Below are positions 41,540 through 52,518 of a stretch of DNA of 64,000 bases, one piece after another. A program made the position numbers and the translations under genes. The number at the start of each line of letters is the position of its first letter. The stretch's first letter is position 1. The notes beneath the pieces were generated by a model, which worked only from the letters and a program-made list of their open reading frames with translations, was not told where the DNA came from and ran no database searches. This stretch comes from Candidatus Obscuribacterales bacterium (GTDB taxonomy: Bacteria > Cyanobacteriota > Vampirovibrionia > Obscuribacterales > Obscuribacteraceae), in the NCBI GenBank assembly GCA_965228855.1, contig CBDDIJ010000003.1, positions 672,001-736,000 of the forward strand. Reading direction: 5' to 3'.

Positions 41540-41783
41540 AAGTTTATCCCGAGAGGCTTGTTGGGTCGCAGGGACTCATACCAGCTTAGTCTAGACCACG
41601 CTAAGAGACAAGCGCGGCGCGCGGTTTTGCGGCATTACCAGACATATGATTGGCGATCCTGTTAAGTATGTATGATCTTCCGCTTCCTTACAACGTCGTC
41701 GTTATATGATGGCTTTTATGTAAAACGCAATAGCGTTGGGTATCCTAAGTCGCAAATCAGTCCCAGCAGGTGGTGCAAATAGC

Positions 41784-42767
41784 ATGTTCGACCTATTCAA
41801 GAAACAATTTATCGACGTTATCGAATGGACGGAAAAGACCAACGGCGTTTTGGCATATCGATTTCCCGCCGAAGACCGAGAAATTCAATCCGGTGCGTCA
41901 CTCACGGTGACTGATTCCCAGATGGCGCTTTTCGTCAATGAGGGGAATATCGCCGACGTGTTCTCTCCCGGAAGATACACCCTTACGACAAAAACCTTGC
42001 CGATTTTGACGACGCTTTTGAACTGGGACAAGGCGTTCAAATCGCCGTTCAAATCCGACGTCTACTTCTTCTCGACACGCGAGCAAATCGACCAGCGCTG
42101 GGGAACTCCAACGCCAATTCAGATCCGCGACAAAGAGTTTGGCGTGATTAGATTGAGAGCGTTCGGAACGTTTTCATACAAGATTGAGGAACCATCGACG
42201 TTTTACCAGAAAATTAGTGGCTCTCGTGCACAATATACGGTAAGTGAACTGGATGGACAACTGCGGTCGCTAATTACAATGTCGATTGCCACGAAGTTCG
42301 GCAAGGGAGATGTTGCGTTCCTTGATATGGCAGGCAACCAGACCGTGTTCTCCGACGAGCTTAAGAAAGAGCTGGATCCAAAATTTTTCGAGTACGGTTT
42401 AAAGCTTGAAACATTTGTCGTTCAAAGCATCACCCTACCTGAAGAGCTGCAAGAATACCTCGACAAACAGTCGAAGATGAATCTTGTGGGCGACCTGCAG
42501 AAGTATGCGAACTTCCAGGTGACGGAAAGTATTCCGGAAGCTGCGGCGAACTCCGGCGGCGTCGCCGGACTGGGAGCTGGTATCGGTGCTGGTGCCTTGA
42601 TCGGGCAGCAGTTTGCCCAGTCGGCGCAGCAGCTCGGTGCGGGCGGCAGCGCAGCGAAAGAAGATCCCTACGAGAAACTCGAGAAACTCGCTGGACTCAT
42701 GGAAAAAGGTATCCTTACAAAAGAAGAGTTCGAACTGAAGAAGGCTGAGATTCTCAAGAATATTTGA
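41784..42767 (+). CDS. SPFH (YdjI-like) protein with C-terminal SHOCT
   Basis: KKQFIDVIEW, FKSPFKSDVYF, WGT, LRAFG; LEKLAGLMEKGILTKEEF. Confidence 0.85.
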   Translation: MFDLFKKQFIDVIEWTEKTNGVLAYRFPAEDREIQSGASLTVTDSQMALFVNEGNIADVFSPGRYTLTTKTLPILTTLLNWDKAFKSPFKSDVYFFSTREQIDQRWGTPTPIQIRDKEFGVIRLRAFGTFSYKIEEPSTFYQKISGSRAQYTVSELDGQLRSLITMSIATKFGKGDVAFLDMAGNQTVFSDELKKELDPKFFEYGLKLETFVVQSITLPEELQEYLDKQSKMNLVGDLQKYANFQVTESIPEAAANSGGVAGLGAGIGAGALIGQQFAQSAQQLGAGGSAAKEDPYEKLEKLAGLMEKGILTKEEFELKKAEILKNI

Positions 42768-43396
42768 TGATTGAACTCAGCTGCCCAGCTTGTGGTGCCC
42801 CCGTAGCGTTTCGTTCGAAAGCCTCGGTGTTCGCGGTTTGCAGTTTCTGCAAAACGACAGTCGTTCGTCACGACACGGATCTGGAAGCCGTCGGTAAAAT
42901 GGCGGAACTCCAGTATGAATTGACACCATTTCAGATTGGAACTTCCGGCATGTATGACAAACGCTCGTTTCAAATAATTGGACGTCTGAAGATCGCTTAC
43001 GAAGACGGATTTTGGAATGAGTGGTACACCATATTCGGTGACGATGGAGAAACTGGTTGGCTTGCCGAAGCTCAGGGTTTTCTCGCCATGTGTTTTGAAA
43101 TCAGCGATAAGAGCATTCCCAAGATTGATCTAATCAAACCCGGTTCCGATGTAGTAATGCCTCCTCACGGGCACTTCCAGGTAGAGGATATTCGGAATGT
43201 GCATTGCATTTTTAGTGAAGGTGAGTTGCCGGTAAACGCCGTTCAAGGCAGACGTTCCAACAGCGTCGACCTTGTCGGTGCGAATCGGAAGATGGCCACA
43301 ATTGAATATGCCGACACCACTCGCGCCTTCGTCGGCACATACCAGGACTTCGATGGATTCAAGTTTGAGAACCTGAGGAGAATCGATGGCTGGTAA
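42764..43396 (+). CDS. DUF4178-like protein with N-terminal Zn ribbon
   Basis: CPACGAP, CSFC, WNEWY, GELP. Confidence 0.78.
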   Translation: MMIELSCPACGAPVAFRSKASVFAVCSFCKTTVVRHDTDLEAVGKMAELQYELTPFQIGTSGMYDKRSFQIIGRLKIAYEDGFWNEWYTIFGDDGETGWLAEAQGFLAMCFEISDKSIPKIDLIKPGSDVVMPPHGHFQVEDIRNVHCIFSEGELPVNAVQGRRSNSVDLVGANRKMATIEYADTTRAFVGTYQDFDGFKFENLRRIDGW

Positions 43397-44726
43397 TTCG
43401 GGTGAAGGTCGCGATCTGCGCAAGGAAAAGCCCAAAGTAACGACTTTCTCCTGCGGGAACTGTGGTGCACCAGTGACGGTGCGCTATCCGGGACACTCGC
43501 TGTCTGCAGTATGCGATAGCTGCTACTCGGTTATCGATACCAGTAACGAAGCATTCCAGGTCTTAAAAACCTATTTTCGGAAAGCGCACATTCAACCTCG
43601 CTTGGAACTCGGCTCCCGCGGCGAGTTGATGGGGAAAACCTGGGAATGTATCGGTTTCGTAGTCAGAGAAGACGGTGCCAGTAGTTTTAAATGGGAAGAA
43701 TATTTGCTGTTCAACCCCTATTATGGCTATCGCTTTCTGACTTGCAACAATGGTCACTGGAGCTTCGTGACCATGATAAAAGAACGTCCTGAGCGTTTCG
43801 CTGCTTATGCTGATTTTCAGAACAAGCGTTACAAGCTTTTCTATCAGGGACGCGCCCGGGTTCACTATGTTCTTGGCGAGTTCTATTGGCGAGTCTCTGT
43901 AGGTGAAGAGGTCAGCATGGCTGACTATATAGATCCACCGCAGATGGTATCAGTCGAGGATGATAAAAACTCACGTGTCTGGAGCGTTTCCGAGTATTTA
44001 GAGCCAAAAGTGGTATCGCAAGCTTTCGACCTATCCGGGGATTCCATTCCTCGCACAATCGGCATAGCGCCTAATCAGCCAAGTTCGGCAACGGTCAACT
44101 GGCGACAAGTCGGTCCAATGTGGGCATTGTTTCTTGTTGTTTTGACCGGGCTTCAAATATTCCACTGCACTCTTGCGAAAAACATCATCGAGTTTAGCGC
44201 ACCAATTGAATACGTAACCAAAATGGATGGTCAATTTGCGACCAGTGATGCCAAGCTTCCTGAATTTACGACCCCTGAATTCGTTTTGGATAAAGCCAAT
44301 GCAAACGTTGCGATCGACATCAATGCGGACGTCGACAACAGTTGGCTATATGTTTATGGCGAGTTGGTAAATACCGACACGGAAGAACTATTCACCTTCG
44401 AGCGCAGCATCGAGTACTACCACGGTTATGAAGACGGTGAGTCATGGAGCGAAGGGAGCAAGACTACCTCGATATTCATGCCGCAGGTTCCAGGCGGAAA
44501 GTATTATATGAATCTGGATTTTGACAATGGTGGCAACGCACAGGCGAACATGCGTCAAACCTTCAATGTGCAGGTCAAGCGTGATGTTCCGACCTTCCAT
44601 AATTACTTCTGGTGCCTGTTTTTAATTTCTCTATATCCGATTTTTGCGTGGATCAAATATCGGCAAGTTGAGGTCGCGCGCTGGTCGGACAGCGATTTCT
44701 CACCATATCAGTCGAGCAGCGACTAG
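43386..44726 (+). CDS. DUF4178 domain membrane protein
   Basis: CGNCGA, WEEYLL, GEFYW, YYHGYEDGESWSEG. Confidence 0.8.
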   Translation: MAGNSGEGRDLRKEKPKVTTFSCGNCGAPVTVRYPGHSLSAVCDSCYSVIDTSNEAFQVLKTYFRKAHIQPRLELGSRGELMGKTWECIGFVVREDGASSFKWEEYLLFNPYYGYRFLTCNNGHWSFVTMIKERPERFAAYADFQNKRYKLFYQGRARVHYVLGEFYWRVSVGEEVSMADYIDPPQMVSVEDDKNSRVWSVSEYLEPKVVSQAFDLSGDSIPRTIGIAPNQPSSATVNWRQVGPMWALFLVVLTGLQIFHCTLAKNIIEFSAPIEYVTKMDGQFATSDAKLPEFTTPEFVLDKANANVAIDINADVDNSWLYVYGELVNTDTEELFTFERSIEYYHGYEDGESWSEGSKTTSIFMPQVPGGKYYMNLDFDNGGNAQANMRQTFNVQVKRDVPTFHNYFWCLFLISLYPIFAWIKYRQVEVARWSDSDFSPYQSSSD

Positions 44727-44742
44727 GAGGCAGGAAGCATTT

Positions 44743-44880
44743 ATGTCAAAACTCTACGGACTTTTGGGAGCGGCACTTTGTGCGTTCTTTTTCTTTGCCA
44801 CTGAAACCGGTATCAGAATTTTTGCTATCGACACCACGCCGCATACCCGACCCACCGGGGCGGCTTTACATCACAAATAA
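44743..44880 (+). CDS. 45-aa membrane peptide
   Basis: MSKLYGLLGAALCAFFFF...HHK; AGGA RBS; fills the operon gap. Confidence 0.6.
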   Translation: MSKLYGLLGAALCAFFFFATETGIRIFAIDTTPHTRPTGAALHHK

Positions 44881-44890
44881 GGGGGAGATT

Positions 44891-45106
44891 GTGGAATTAG
44901 TTAAGTTGAATTACATTGTCGCGGCAGTTGTGTACTCGGGATTGGGTATTGCAATCCTTTGTACTACTTTCGTGATCTTTGACTTGATTACGCCGAGCAA
45001 AATGTGGAAGGAAATCGTCGAGGAAAAGAATTTGCCTCTTGCGGTTTGTCTGTCTGCAATGACTATTGCTGTCGGGATGATTATTGCGTCTGCGATCCAC
45101 GGCTAA
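44891..45106 (+). CDS. DUF350 small membrane protein
   Basis: DLITPSKMWKEIVEEKNLPLAV...IASAIHG; GGAG RBS, GTG start. Confidence 0.8.
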   Translation: MELVKLNYIVAAVVYSGLGIAILCTTFVIFDLITPSKMWKEIVEEKNLPLAVCLSAMTIAVGMIIASAIHG

Positions 45107-45121
45107 TATTCTGGTAGAAAA

Positions 45122-46624
45122 TTGACATACTCGCTTCTGATTACCGCTTTCGTCATCTCGACATGCGGTCTCGTGTACGAACTGATCGCCGGGACCGTCG
45201 CCAGCTATTTGCTAGGCGATTCGGTTACGCAATTTTCAACCGTAATCGGCGTGTATCTGTTTTCGATGGGAATTGGCTCGTTTCTCTCCCGTTATGTTGA
45301 TAAGGACATTATCCTGAAATTCATACAGGTTGAGATGCTCGTGGGTCTGGTTGGTGGCTGTTCTGCAGCGTTGCTCTTTATGTCCTTTGAGCATGTTGAA
45401 AATTTTCGCATTCTTCTTTATGCGTTAGTCACCGCCATTGGTGTTTTGGTGGGATTAGAGATCCCACTTCTTATGCGCATATTGCAGGACAAGCTGGAGT
45501 TTAAGGAACTGGTATCGCAGGTGTTCACCTTCGACTATGTAGGCGCGTTGTTGGCATCCTTGCTCTTTCCGCTGCTCCTTGTACCGTATCTCGGTTTGAT
45601 TCGCTCCGCGTTTCTCTTCGGAATTTTCAACGCGCTAGTCGCGGTTTGGACTGTACATCTGTTCCGTAACGACGTTAAGGGAACGTTTGGGCTCAGGTCA
45701 GCGGCCATTACTGTTGCCGCTGCACTTTCTGCCGGTTTTGTCTTCTCCGATCAGTTAATGACCTGGGCTGAGTCTTCAACATATCAGGAGCCGATTATAT
45801 TTTCCAAGTCGACTCCGTATCAGCGGATTGTAATCACGTGCAAAGGCAAAGAAGTGCGTCTGTTTTTAAACGGTAATTTGCAATTTAATTCACGAGACGA
45901 ATATCGATATCACGAAGCGCTGGTTCATCCGGCTATGTCCAGCTTAAAAAATCCGGAGAACATTCTCGTCCTCGGTGGTGGCGATGGAATGGCAGTGCGT
46001 GAACTCCTCAAGTATCCCTCTGTTAAAACCATTCAACTAGTCGACCTTGATCCGGAGATGACGAAGCTGTTTCGCGCTAAGGGTTTATTGTCGCAGCTGA
46101 ACAATGATGCGTTAAGCGACAGTAGAGTCACCGTGATCAATCAGGATGCTTTTGTATGGCTGCGAAAGTCGAAAGAAAAATTCGATTGCGCGATAATTGA
46201 TTTCCCTGATCCAAGCAATTTTTCGCTCGGCAAACTTTATAGCGATACCTTTTATAAAACAGTAAAGAGGGCGTTGAAACCCGGTGGTGTTTGCGTTATC
46301 CAGAGTACTTCTCCATATTTTGCGAAGAACTCTTACTGGTGCGTCGTGAACACTCTCGAATCAGTCGGATTTCACACGACACCATATCACGCATACGTTC
46401 CTTCATTCGGTGACTGGGGCTATGTGCTAGCGTCGATCGACAAATTCGAGCCTCCGGCAGCGTATCCGGCTAATCTCAGATACGTGACGGATGAGTCATT
46501 TCGTCAGATGCTTAACTTCCCACCGGATATGGTGGCAACTGAAAAGTGTGTCAATAAACTGAATAATCAAAAACTTGTTCACCTGTTCGAGTCTGAGTGG
46601 GGAGAATATGTTGAAACGTTTTAG
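45122..46624 (+). CDS. speE: Polyamine aminopropyltransferase with N-terminal membrane domain
   Basis: CGLVYEL, DEYRYHE, LGGGDG, DFPDP, YVPSFGDWG. Confidence 0.9.
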   Translation: MTYSLLITAFVISTCGLVYELIAGTVASYLLGDSVTQFSTVIGVYLFSMGIGSFLSRYVDKDIILKFIQVEMLVGLVGGCSAALLFMSFEHVENFRILLYALVTAIGVLVGLEIPLLMRILQDKLEFKELVSQVFTFDYVGALLASLLFPLLLVPYLGLIRSAFLFGIFNALVAVWTVHLFRNDVKGTFGLRSAAITVAAALSAGFVFSDQLMTWAESSTYQEPIIFSKSTPYQRIVITCKGKEVRLFLNGNLQFNSRDEYRYHEALVHPAMSSLKNPENILVLGGGDGMAVRELLKYPSVKTIQLVDLDPEMTKLFRAKGLLSQLNNDALSDSRVTVINQDAFVWLRKSKEKFDCAIIDFPDPSNFSLGKLYSDTFYKTVKRALKPGGVCVIQSTSPYFAKNSYWCVVNTLESVGFHTTPYHAYVPSFGDWGYVLASIDKFEPPAAYPANLRYVTDESFRQMLNFPPDMVATEKCVNKLNNQKLVHLFESEWGEYVETF

Positions 46625-46633
46625 CCGAGCGAC

Positions 46634-48337
46634 GTGACTATGCCGAGACGTTTCAGTCGAGCTGTGTTTCTTGCGATGATGGGCGGCTGTGCGGTTGCTG
46701 CGGTGTCCGGAAAATATCTTCTTGACGCACTGAAAGCGCGAGTGAAATTCCCGATTCGTATGCTTGGTCCTTCGATGAACCGGGGACATATGATTCGCGA
46801 TGGCAAAATGCCGAAAGTCTTAACGGATGCAGAGCACGCAAAAACAAGAGTCACCATTATCGGTGGCGGAATGGCGGGTTTATCTGCTGGTTGGTGGCTG
46901 AAGAGAAACGGATTCTCAGACTTCAAGATTTTGGAACTGGAAAAGGAAGTTGGTGGCAATTCATCTTTCGGTAAAAATGGCATCAGTGCTTACCCCTGGG
47001 GAGCGCATTATGTTCCACTTGCCAATCCGGAGTCTGAATATGTTCGCATGTTTTTTCAGGAACTTGGAGTCATTCAGGGCGTTGATGCAAATGGTTTGGC
47101 AATCTATAACGACCTGTATATGTGTCACGACCCTGAAGAGCGGCTTCTAAAGGACGGCTCCTTTCAAGAGGGGTTGGTTCCTCGTCGCGGTTTACAACCA
47201 TCTGACAAGCAGGAATTTCAGCGCTTCTTCAAAGCGATGAAGCATTATCGTGAGCTGGTCGGTCGTGATGGAAAGCCAGGGTTCGCGATTCCTCTCGATT
47301 TGAGCTCGCAGGATGAAGAGCTGATTACCCTCGATAGAATTTCGATGGCGAAATGGATGAAGGAGAATAAGTTTCTGGGTAAGCCAATCCGATGGTATGT
47401 CGACTACTGTTGCCGAGATGACTACGGCTCACTTCCTGAACATGTTTCGGCCTGGGCGGGCATTCACTACTTTGCTGGGCGCAAGGGCGTGGCGGCTAAC
47501 GCGGAGATGAATTCTGTAGTGACGTGGCCGGCTGGAAACGGTTTTCTCGCTGACAAACTTCGTGAGATGTTGAATGGGAAAATCGAGACGGGAAGCGCAG
47601 TGTTCAACGTTTCCAGCACGGAAAGTGGAGCGACCGTTTCGTTTTTCGATGTCAAAGAAAATGCTGCCAAGATCATTGAGTGCGATTACGTGATATTTGC
47701 GGCTCCAAGATTCTTGGCTCGCCACCTTGTTTCACCTAATGGTCGAGACGAAACTATTTCTTCTCCGGGAATTTCTGCGCAGGCTGTACGTTCACAAAAT
47801 GAACCTGTCCAGGAGCAATTCGAGAGCGCTCAATATGCACCCTGGATGGTGGCGAACATCAGTTTGAAACGTGTCCCCGAGGGCAAGGGCGTTGGTCTTG
47901 CCTGGGATAATGTTAGCTTCTCAAGTCGTTCTCTCGGCTACGTTGTAGCTACTCACCAGAATATAACGACGCAGAGAGACGCGCCGACAGTCATTACCTA
48001 CTATTATCCAATGGCTCAGGATGAACCGAGCGAGTCTCGACGGATACTCTTAGAGCGCACGGCAGAGGAATGGTCACAATTGATCCTTGCCGACCTTGAA
48101 AAAATGCATAATGGTATAACGACTGAGATTACAGCGATGGATTTATGGCCGTGGGGTCATGGAATGATTCGTCCTTCGGTCGGTTACATCTGGGGCGAGA
48201 CTCGCAGAGTGATGAAGAAGAACATGGGAAATGTTTACTTTGCTCATTCGGATATGAGTGGGATCTCTAACTTCGAGGAAGCTCAATATCAGGGAATTGA
48301 AGCGGCTAAACAGGTTTTAGCCAGGGTGACGTCGTGA
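46634..48337 (+). CDS. FAD-dependent oxidoreductase (amine oxidase-like)
   Basis: GGGMAG, WGAHY, CRDDYG, WGHGM, SNFEEA. Confidence 0.85.
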   Translation: MTMPRRFSRAVFLAMMGGCAVAAVSGKYLLDALKARVKFPIRMLGPSMNRGHMIRDGKMPKVLTDAEHAKTRVTIIGGGMAGLSAGWWLKRNGFSDFKILELEKEVGGNSSFGKNGISAYPWGAHYVPLANPESEYVRMFFQELGVIQGVDANGLAIYNDLYMCHDPEERLLKDGSFQEGLVPRRGLQPSDKQEFQRFFKAMKHYRELVGRDGKPGFAIPLDLSSQDEELITLDRISMAKWMKENKFLGKPIRWYVDYCCRDDYGSLPEHVSAWAGIHYFAGRKGVAANAEMNSVVTWPAGNGFLADKLREMLNGKIETGSAVFNVSSTESGATVSFFDVKENAAKIIECDYVIFAAPRFLARHLVSPNGRDETISSPGISAQAVRSQNEPVQEQFESAQYAPWMVANISLKRVPEGKGVGLAWDNVSFSSRSLGYVVATHQNITTQRDAPTVITYYYPMAQDEPSESRRILLERTAEEWSQLILADLEKMHNGITTEITAMDLWPWGHGMIRPSVGYIWGETRRVMKKNMGNVYFAHSDMSGISNFEEAQYQGIEAAKQVLARVTS

Positions 48338-49473
48338 CACAGGCGATTTTGAAAACGGATGCAACCGCGCTTCCGAAGCAGCCGTGGCTTGCTTCAGTGA
48401 AATGGGATTGCGCTTTGATTATTGGTCCTGCGATCGTCACTTCGGTTATTGCGCTGGCTTGCAAACCTTTACTTGATAATAGTCAATTCATGCCGCTCTG
48501 GGCGTGGGTAACTTTTGTACTGGTCGTTGATGTTGCGCATGTTTACTCAACTCTATTTCGGACCTATTTTGATCGTCGCTCGATTGCCGAACATCACTTA
48601 TTGCTGGTTGTGATTCCGATCGCATGTTGGGTCGTTGGGTGGTTGTTGTATCGAACTGATTTTATGTACTTCTGGCGGGCACTGGCTTACCTCGCGGTTT
48701 TTCATTTCATTCGTCAACAGTTTGGTTTTGTAGCTCTCTATTCAAGAAACGATCCGCGAGCGTTTTTGAAGGTCCGCTGGCTCGACCAGGTGTGCGTCTA
48801 CACTGTGACGCTTTATCCTCTTCTGTATTGGCATACTCATTTACCTCGCAATTTTAACTGGTTTGTCAGTGGCGACTTTGTCAATGCGGTACCGCCTGTG
48901 GTGAATGAGTGTGCGCTGGCATTTTACTGTTTAGTTGTTACTGTTTACACTGCCAAAGAGCTGCTTCTGTTTAAATCAACGGGGTTTTTAAACATACCCA
49001 AGAACTTGATTCTGTTTGGAACAGCGTTGAGCTGGTGGGTAGGCATTGTCGCGTTGAATTCTGATCTTGCCTTCACCATGACGAATGTTGTCTCTCATGG
49101 CGTTCCATACATGGCGCTAATCTGGCTTTATCACAACAAGGCAAGTCGAGCCAACGCTGATGTTTCCAGTGCACAAACGAGGGCTTCGAAGTCGCTTGGG
49201 CGTTTCAGCAAAGATTTTCTGCTGTCATTTGCACCAGCGTTTGTGCTATTTCTCGTGCTTCTCGCTTATTTCGAAGAAGGTTTCTGGGACGGACTCATCT
49301 GGCGAGAGCATTTAACGTTTTTCACGCCGTTTGCCTCCTTGCCCGCTATCACCGACGCGACCACGCTTTCAATACTTGTGCCTCTGCTTTCTCTGCCACA
49401 ATCCACGCATTACGTCCTGGACGGTTTTATATGGCGTGTGAAGGACAAATCTGGTTCATGGTCTGCGAGGTAG
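48334..49473 (+). CDS. Multi-pass membrane protein
   Basis: DVAHVYST, FHFIRQQ, SHGVPY, THYVLDGFIW His motifs. Confidence 0.75.
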   Translation: MTQAILKTDATALPKQPWLASVKWDCALIIGPAIVTSVIALACKPLLDNSQFMPLWAWVTFVLVVDVAHVYSTLFRTYFDRRSIAEHHLLLVVIPIACWVVGWLLYRTDFMYFWRALAYLAVFHFIRQQFGFVALYSRNDPRAFLKVRWLDQVCVYTVTLYPLLYWHTHLPRNFNWFVSGDFVNAVPPVVNECALAFYCLVVTVYTAKELLLFKSTGFLNIPKNLILFGTALSWWVGIVALNSDLAFTMTNVVSHGVPYMALIWLYHNKASRANADVSSAQTRASKSLGRFSKDFLLSFAPAFVLFLVLLAYFEEGFWDGLIWREHLTFFTPFASLPAITDATTLSILVPLLSLPQSTHYVLDGFIWRVKDKSGSWSAR

Positions 49474-49650
49474 AGCGTCTGGGAAACCTGATTATGTTTC
49501 CCACGAAAGGTACCAAGCTTAGATAGATTTCAGGAGGCGGTGCCGAAAAGGCGCAAAAGCCGTCGCTTCTTTTAGTTTTGGCTCATGAAAACCTCGGGTG
49601 ATTCCTGACAAGATCTGTAAGTCGGCGTGTGCCGTGTGTTTGTGGCTTTT

Positions 49651-51117
49651 ATGCTATTCAACAGTCTGCAGTATCTTATATTCCTGCCGCTCGTGGTGCT
49701 CGCCTATTGGCTAGTGCCCGGCAGATTGCGCACTGTTTTGCTGCTCGCGGCGAGCTACTACTTTTACATGAGCTGGATGAAGTCCTATGGGCTTTTGCTT
49801 TTCGGGCTCACAGCCATCAATTACCTGGCTGGTCTGGCTATCGGCAAGCTCGAGGCCGCGCAATCGAAGCGCCTTGCTCTCATTGCCGGAATCACGTTTA
49901 ACGTCGGCGTCCTGGCGCTTTTCAAATATACAAACTTTTTCCTTGAAACCTATAACAGTCTGGAGAAGATGCTTAGCTCCATACTGCCACTTAATCTGGT
50001 GCCTGCACCCGAGGCACTGCCCATAATACTACCCCTTGGTATCTCATTTTTTGTCTTTGAATTCATTCATTACCTGGTCGATGTTCGCGCCGGAAATAAA
50101 CCGATTGCAAACCCGCTGCGATTCGGATTATTCGCGGCATTTTTTCCGTCTCAAATTGCGGGTCCGATCAAGCGTTATGAAGACTTTGACGGTCAACTCG
50201 AGAAACCTCGTGTGTTCAGTCGGGCTGAATTCGGTGAGGGGATTAACCTGATCGTTCGCGGTATGTTCAAAAAGGTTGCGTTAGGCGATAACCTCGCACC
50301 TTTGGCTGCAAGCGGTTTCGCCAATCCAGCTGCGATAGGCACAGTGGATGCCTGGGTTGCAGTGCTCGCCTTTACTTTGCAAATTTATTTTGACTTTTCC
50401 GGTTACACGGACATCGGTCGTGGCTCCGCGCTTTTGCTCGGGTATAAACTGCCTGAGAATTTCAATATGCCATACATCGCCAGAAGCATTCAGGAATTCT
50501 GGCATCGCTGGCACATGAGCTTGTCGACCTGGCTTCGCGATTACCTTTACATTCCGCTGGGTGGTTCACGTGGTGGCAAATTCGCCACGATGAAAAACCT
50601 GTTTATCACTATGCTGCTAGGAGGTCTCTGGCACGGTGCCTCGTGGCACTTTGTACTGTGGGGCGGCTATCAGGGTGTTTGTCTGGCAATTCACAGAACT
50701 TGGGAGCGGATCAGCGAAGGACGGCCAGCGCTTGCAACGTTCGGAAACTCATTTGTAGGAAAAGCAACTGCATGGTTGGTCACATTCCTGACGGTCGTGA
50801 ATGGCTGGGTGCTGTTCCGTGCGAATACCGTGGCGGAAGCGTTCCAAATGTACCAATCGATGTTTACGCTCAAGGCAGGGACCGGCGAGTCTCTTCTTGA
50901 GCTATTCATCTACGGTGGTCCACTGCCGGCGGTGCTGGCGATCTACACCGCTTTCGTCCTTGGCGATAAACTCAAGTGGAAGGCTAAACTTGAATCCGCA
51001 AGCCTTTTGCCGTCACCGCCCGTGACGGCACGCGCCGTCGCACTAGCTGCAGTGGCACTGTTCATCGCGAGCCTGGCTCCGCGACATGCTGTTCCCTTCA
51101 TATACTTCCAATTTTAA
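49651..51117 (+). CDS. MBOAT O-acyltransferase (AlgI/DltB-like)
   Basis: LPLGISFF, QIYFDFSGY, FWHRWHMSLS, GLWHGA. Confidence 0.92.
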   Translation: MLFNSLQYLIFLPLVVLAYWLVPGRLRTVLLLAASYYFYMSWMKSYGLLLFGLTAINYLAGLAIGKLEAAQSKRLALIAGITFNVGVLALFKYTNFFLETYNSLEKMLSSILPLNLVPAPEALPIILPLGISFFVFEFIHYLVDVRAGNKPIANPLRFGLFAAFFPSQIAGPIKRYEDFDGQLEKPRVFSRAEFGEGINLIVRGMFKKVALGDNLAPLAASGFANPAAIGTVDAWVAVLAFTLQIYFDFSGYTDIGRGSALLLGYKLPENFNMPYIARSIQEFWHRWHMSLSTWLRDYLYIPLGGSRGGKFATMKNLFITMLLGGLWHGASWHFVLWGGYQGVCLAIHRTWERISEGRPALATFGNSFVGKATAWLVTFLTVVNGWVLFRANTVAEAFQMYQSMFTLKAGTGESLLELFIYGGPLPAVLAIYTAFVLGDKLKWKAKLESASLLPSPPVTARAVALAAVALFIASLAPRHAVPFIYFQF

Positions 51118-51126
51118 GGGGACATC

Positions 51127-52515
51127 ATGACGACGACTCTTAGAGAGAAAACGATAAAGTCTCCCACTCCAGTCAAGGAGCCCAGCCAAATTTCCCGACT
51201 TGTTCGCGGTTTAATCCGGAATATAGTCTGGTGTTTTGGAACATTAATCGTTTCGCTCCTGGTTCTCGAAGTTGCTCTGCGAGCATGTGGTGTGGGCGGC
51301 GAAGAGTATTTGAAGATGGACCCGACGATTGGTTTTACTCACCTGGAGAATAAACCTATTGTCGTCCGCTCCGAGGGCTGGTCTTATGACCCCGCCAACT
51401 CCAGAGGCATTCGCGATTATGAATACTCTGTCACTCCGGCACCGGGTGTGCATCGCGTAGCATTTCTCGGAGACTCGAAAACAGAGTCTATTCAAGTTCC
51501 GCTGAAGGATAATTTCCCTAAAGAGATTGAGCGTCGTTTAAACGCAAATGGTTCCAGCGGTGGTCGGGAAACGGCAATAAATGGCTCGAATGTATCGAAC
51601 GGCCTGGATGGCAAAGTTGAGTGCATCAACTTCGGTATGTCCGGTTATGGGACGTCGCAAGAAGTTCTCCAGTACATGCGTGATGTGCGGCAATACAAGC
51701 CGGAAGTCACGGTCCTTGTTTATCATGTGCTCGATAACGACGAAAATACTGCCCCGGTGCAGCCGGAGACGTTTACGCCTCGTCCTTACTTCAGCGTCAA
51801 CGATCAGGGGGTTTTGAAACCGGACTGGCTTTTTCTTGATGCGTGGTTTTGTTCCGAAAGGGCGGTTTATTTCAAGGCTTGTGATTGGCTGAGAAGAAAC
51901 AGTTATGTGCTGGGTGTTCTCGCGCAGATCGATAAGACGAGTAAAGGGCAAAAATATTACGACCTATATCAGCAAAAAGTGCTGTTACCGATTTACGAAT
52001 CGCTAGCGAACGTTGTTCCTGCTTTTCGATATAAACCGGATGAAGTTGCTATGGCTCAAAGAGCCAGTCTTGCTAAGGAGTTTGAAAAGCCAATACAGAA
52101 TTTCGGTTCTACGTCTGAAGAACAAATTCCAGATCGCCCGCCAGGTTTTCTAGATAAAGACTATAACGTGCTATTGCTTAACCATCGCTTGCACTTCCGC
52201 GTGACCGCGGCGCTGATTCGGAAACTGAATCAGGTGTGCAAAGAGAATGGTTCAAAGTTGGTTGTTGCGACCCTTCCTGCGCCTACTTCACAGATATTCT
52301 ATTTCAAGGAAGTCAACGCTCTTCAGCAAATCTCAAAAGAAGAAGGCTTTGATTTTGTCAATTTGCATGAGGCATTTCCGAAGTCAACCGGCGGCGAATC
52401 GAGTCCACTATTTGTCGGCTTCCACTTCTCTCGCCTTGGACACAAAATCGTTGCTGATGAGTTGACGCCGGTTGTCGAACGAAATCTGAAAAGTAAAAAA
52501 CTGAATCCGCAATAG
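51127..52515 (+). CDS. SGNH hydrolase-like protein (AlgJ/AlgX-like partner)
   Basis: TM, LGDS, NFGMSGY, ND, HFSRLGH. Confidence 0.8.
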   Translation: MTTTLREKTIKSPTPVKEPSQISRLVRGLIRNIVWCFGTLIVSLLVLEVALRACGVGGEEYLKMDPTIGFTHLENKPIVVRSEGWSYDPANSRGIRDYEYSVTPAPGVHRVAFLGDSKTESIQVPLKDNFPKEIERRLNANGSSGGRETAINGSNVSNGLDGKVECINFGMSGYGTSQEVLQYMRDVRQYKPEVTVLVYHVLDNDENTAPVQPETFTPRPYFSVNDQGVLKPDWLFLDAWFCSERAVYFKACDWLRRNSYVLGVLAQIDKTSKGQKYYDLYQQKVLLPIYESLANVVPAFRYKPDEVAMAQRASLAKEFEKPIQNFGSTSEEQIPDRPPGFLDKDYNVLLLNHRLHFRVTAALIRKLNQVCKENGSKLVVATLPAPTSQIFYFKEVNALQQISKEEGFDFVNLHEAFPKSTGGESSPLFVGFHFSRLGHKIVADELTPVVERNLKSKKLNPQ

Positions 52516-52518
52516 TAA

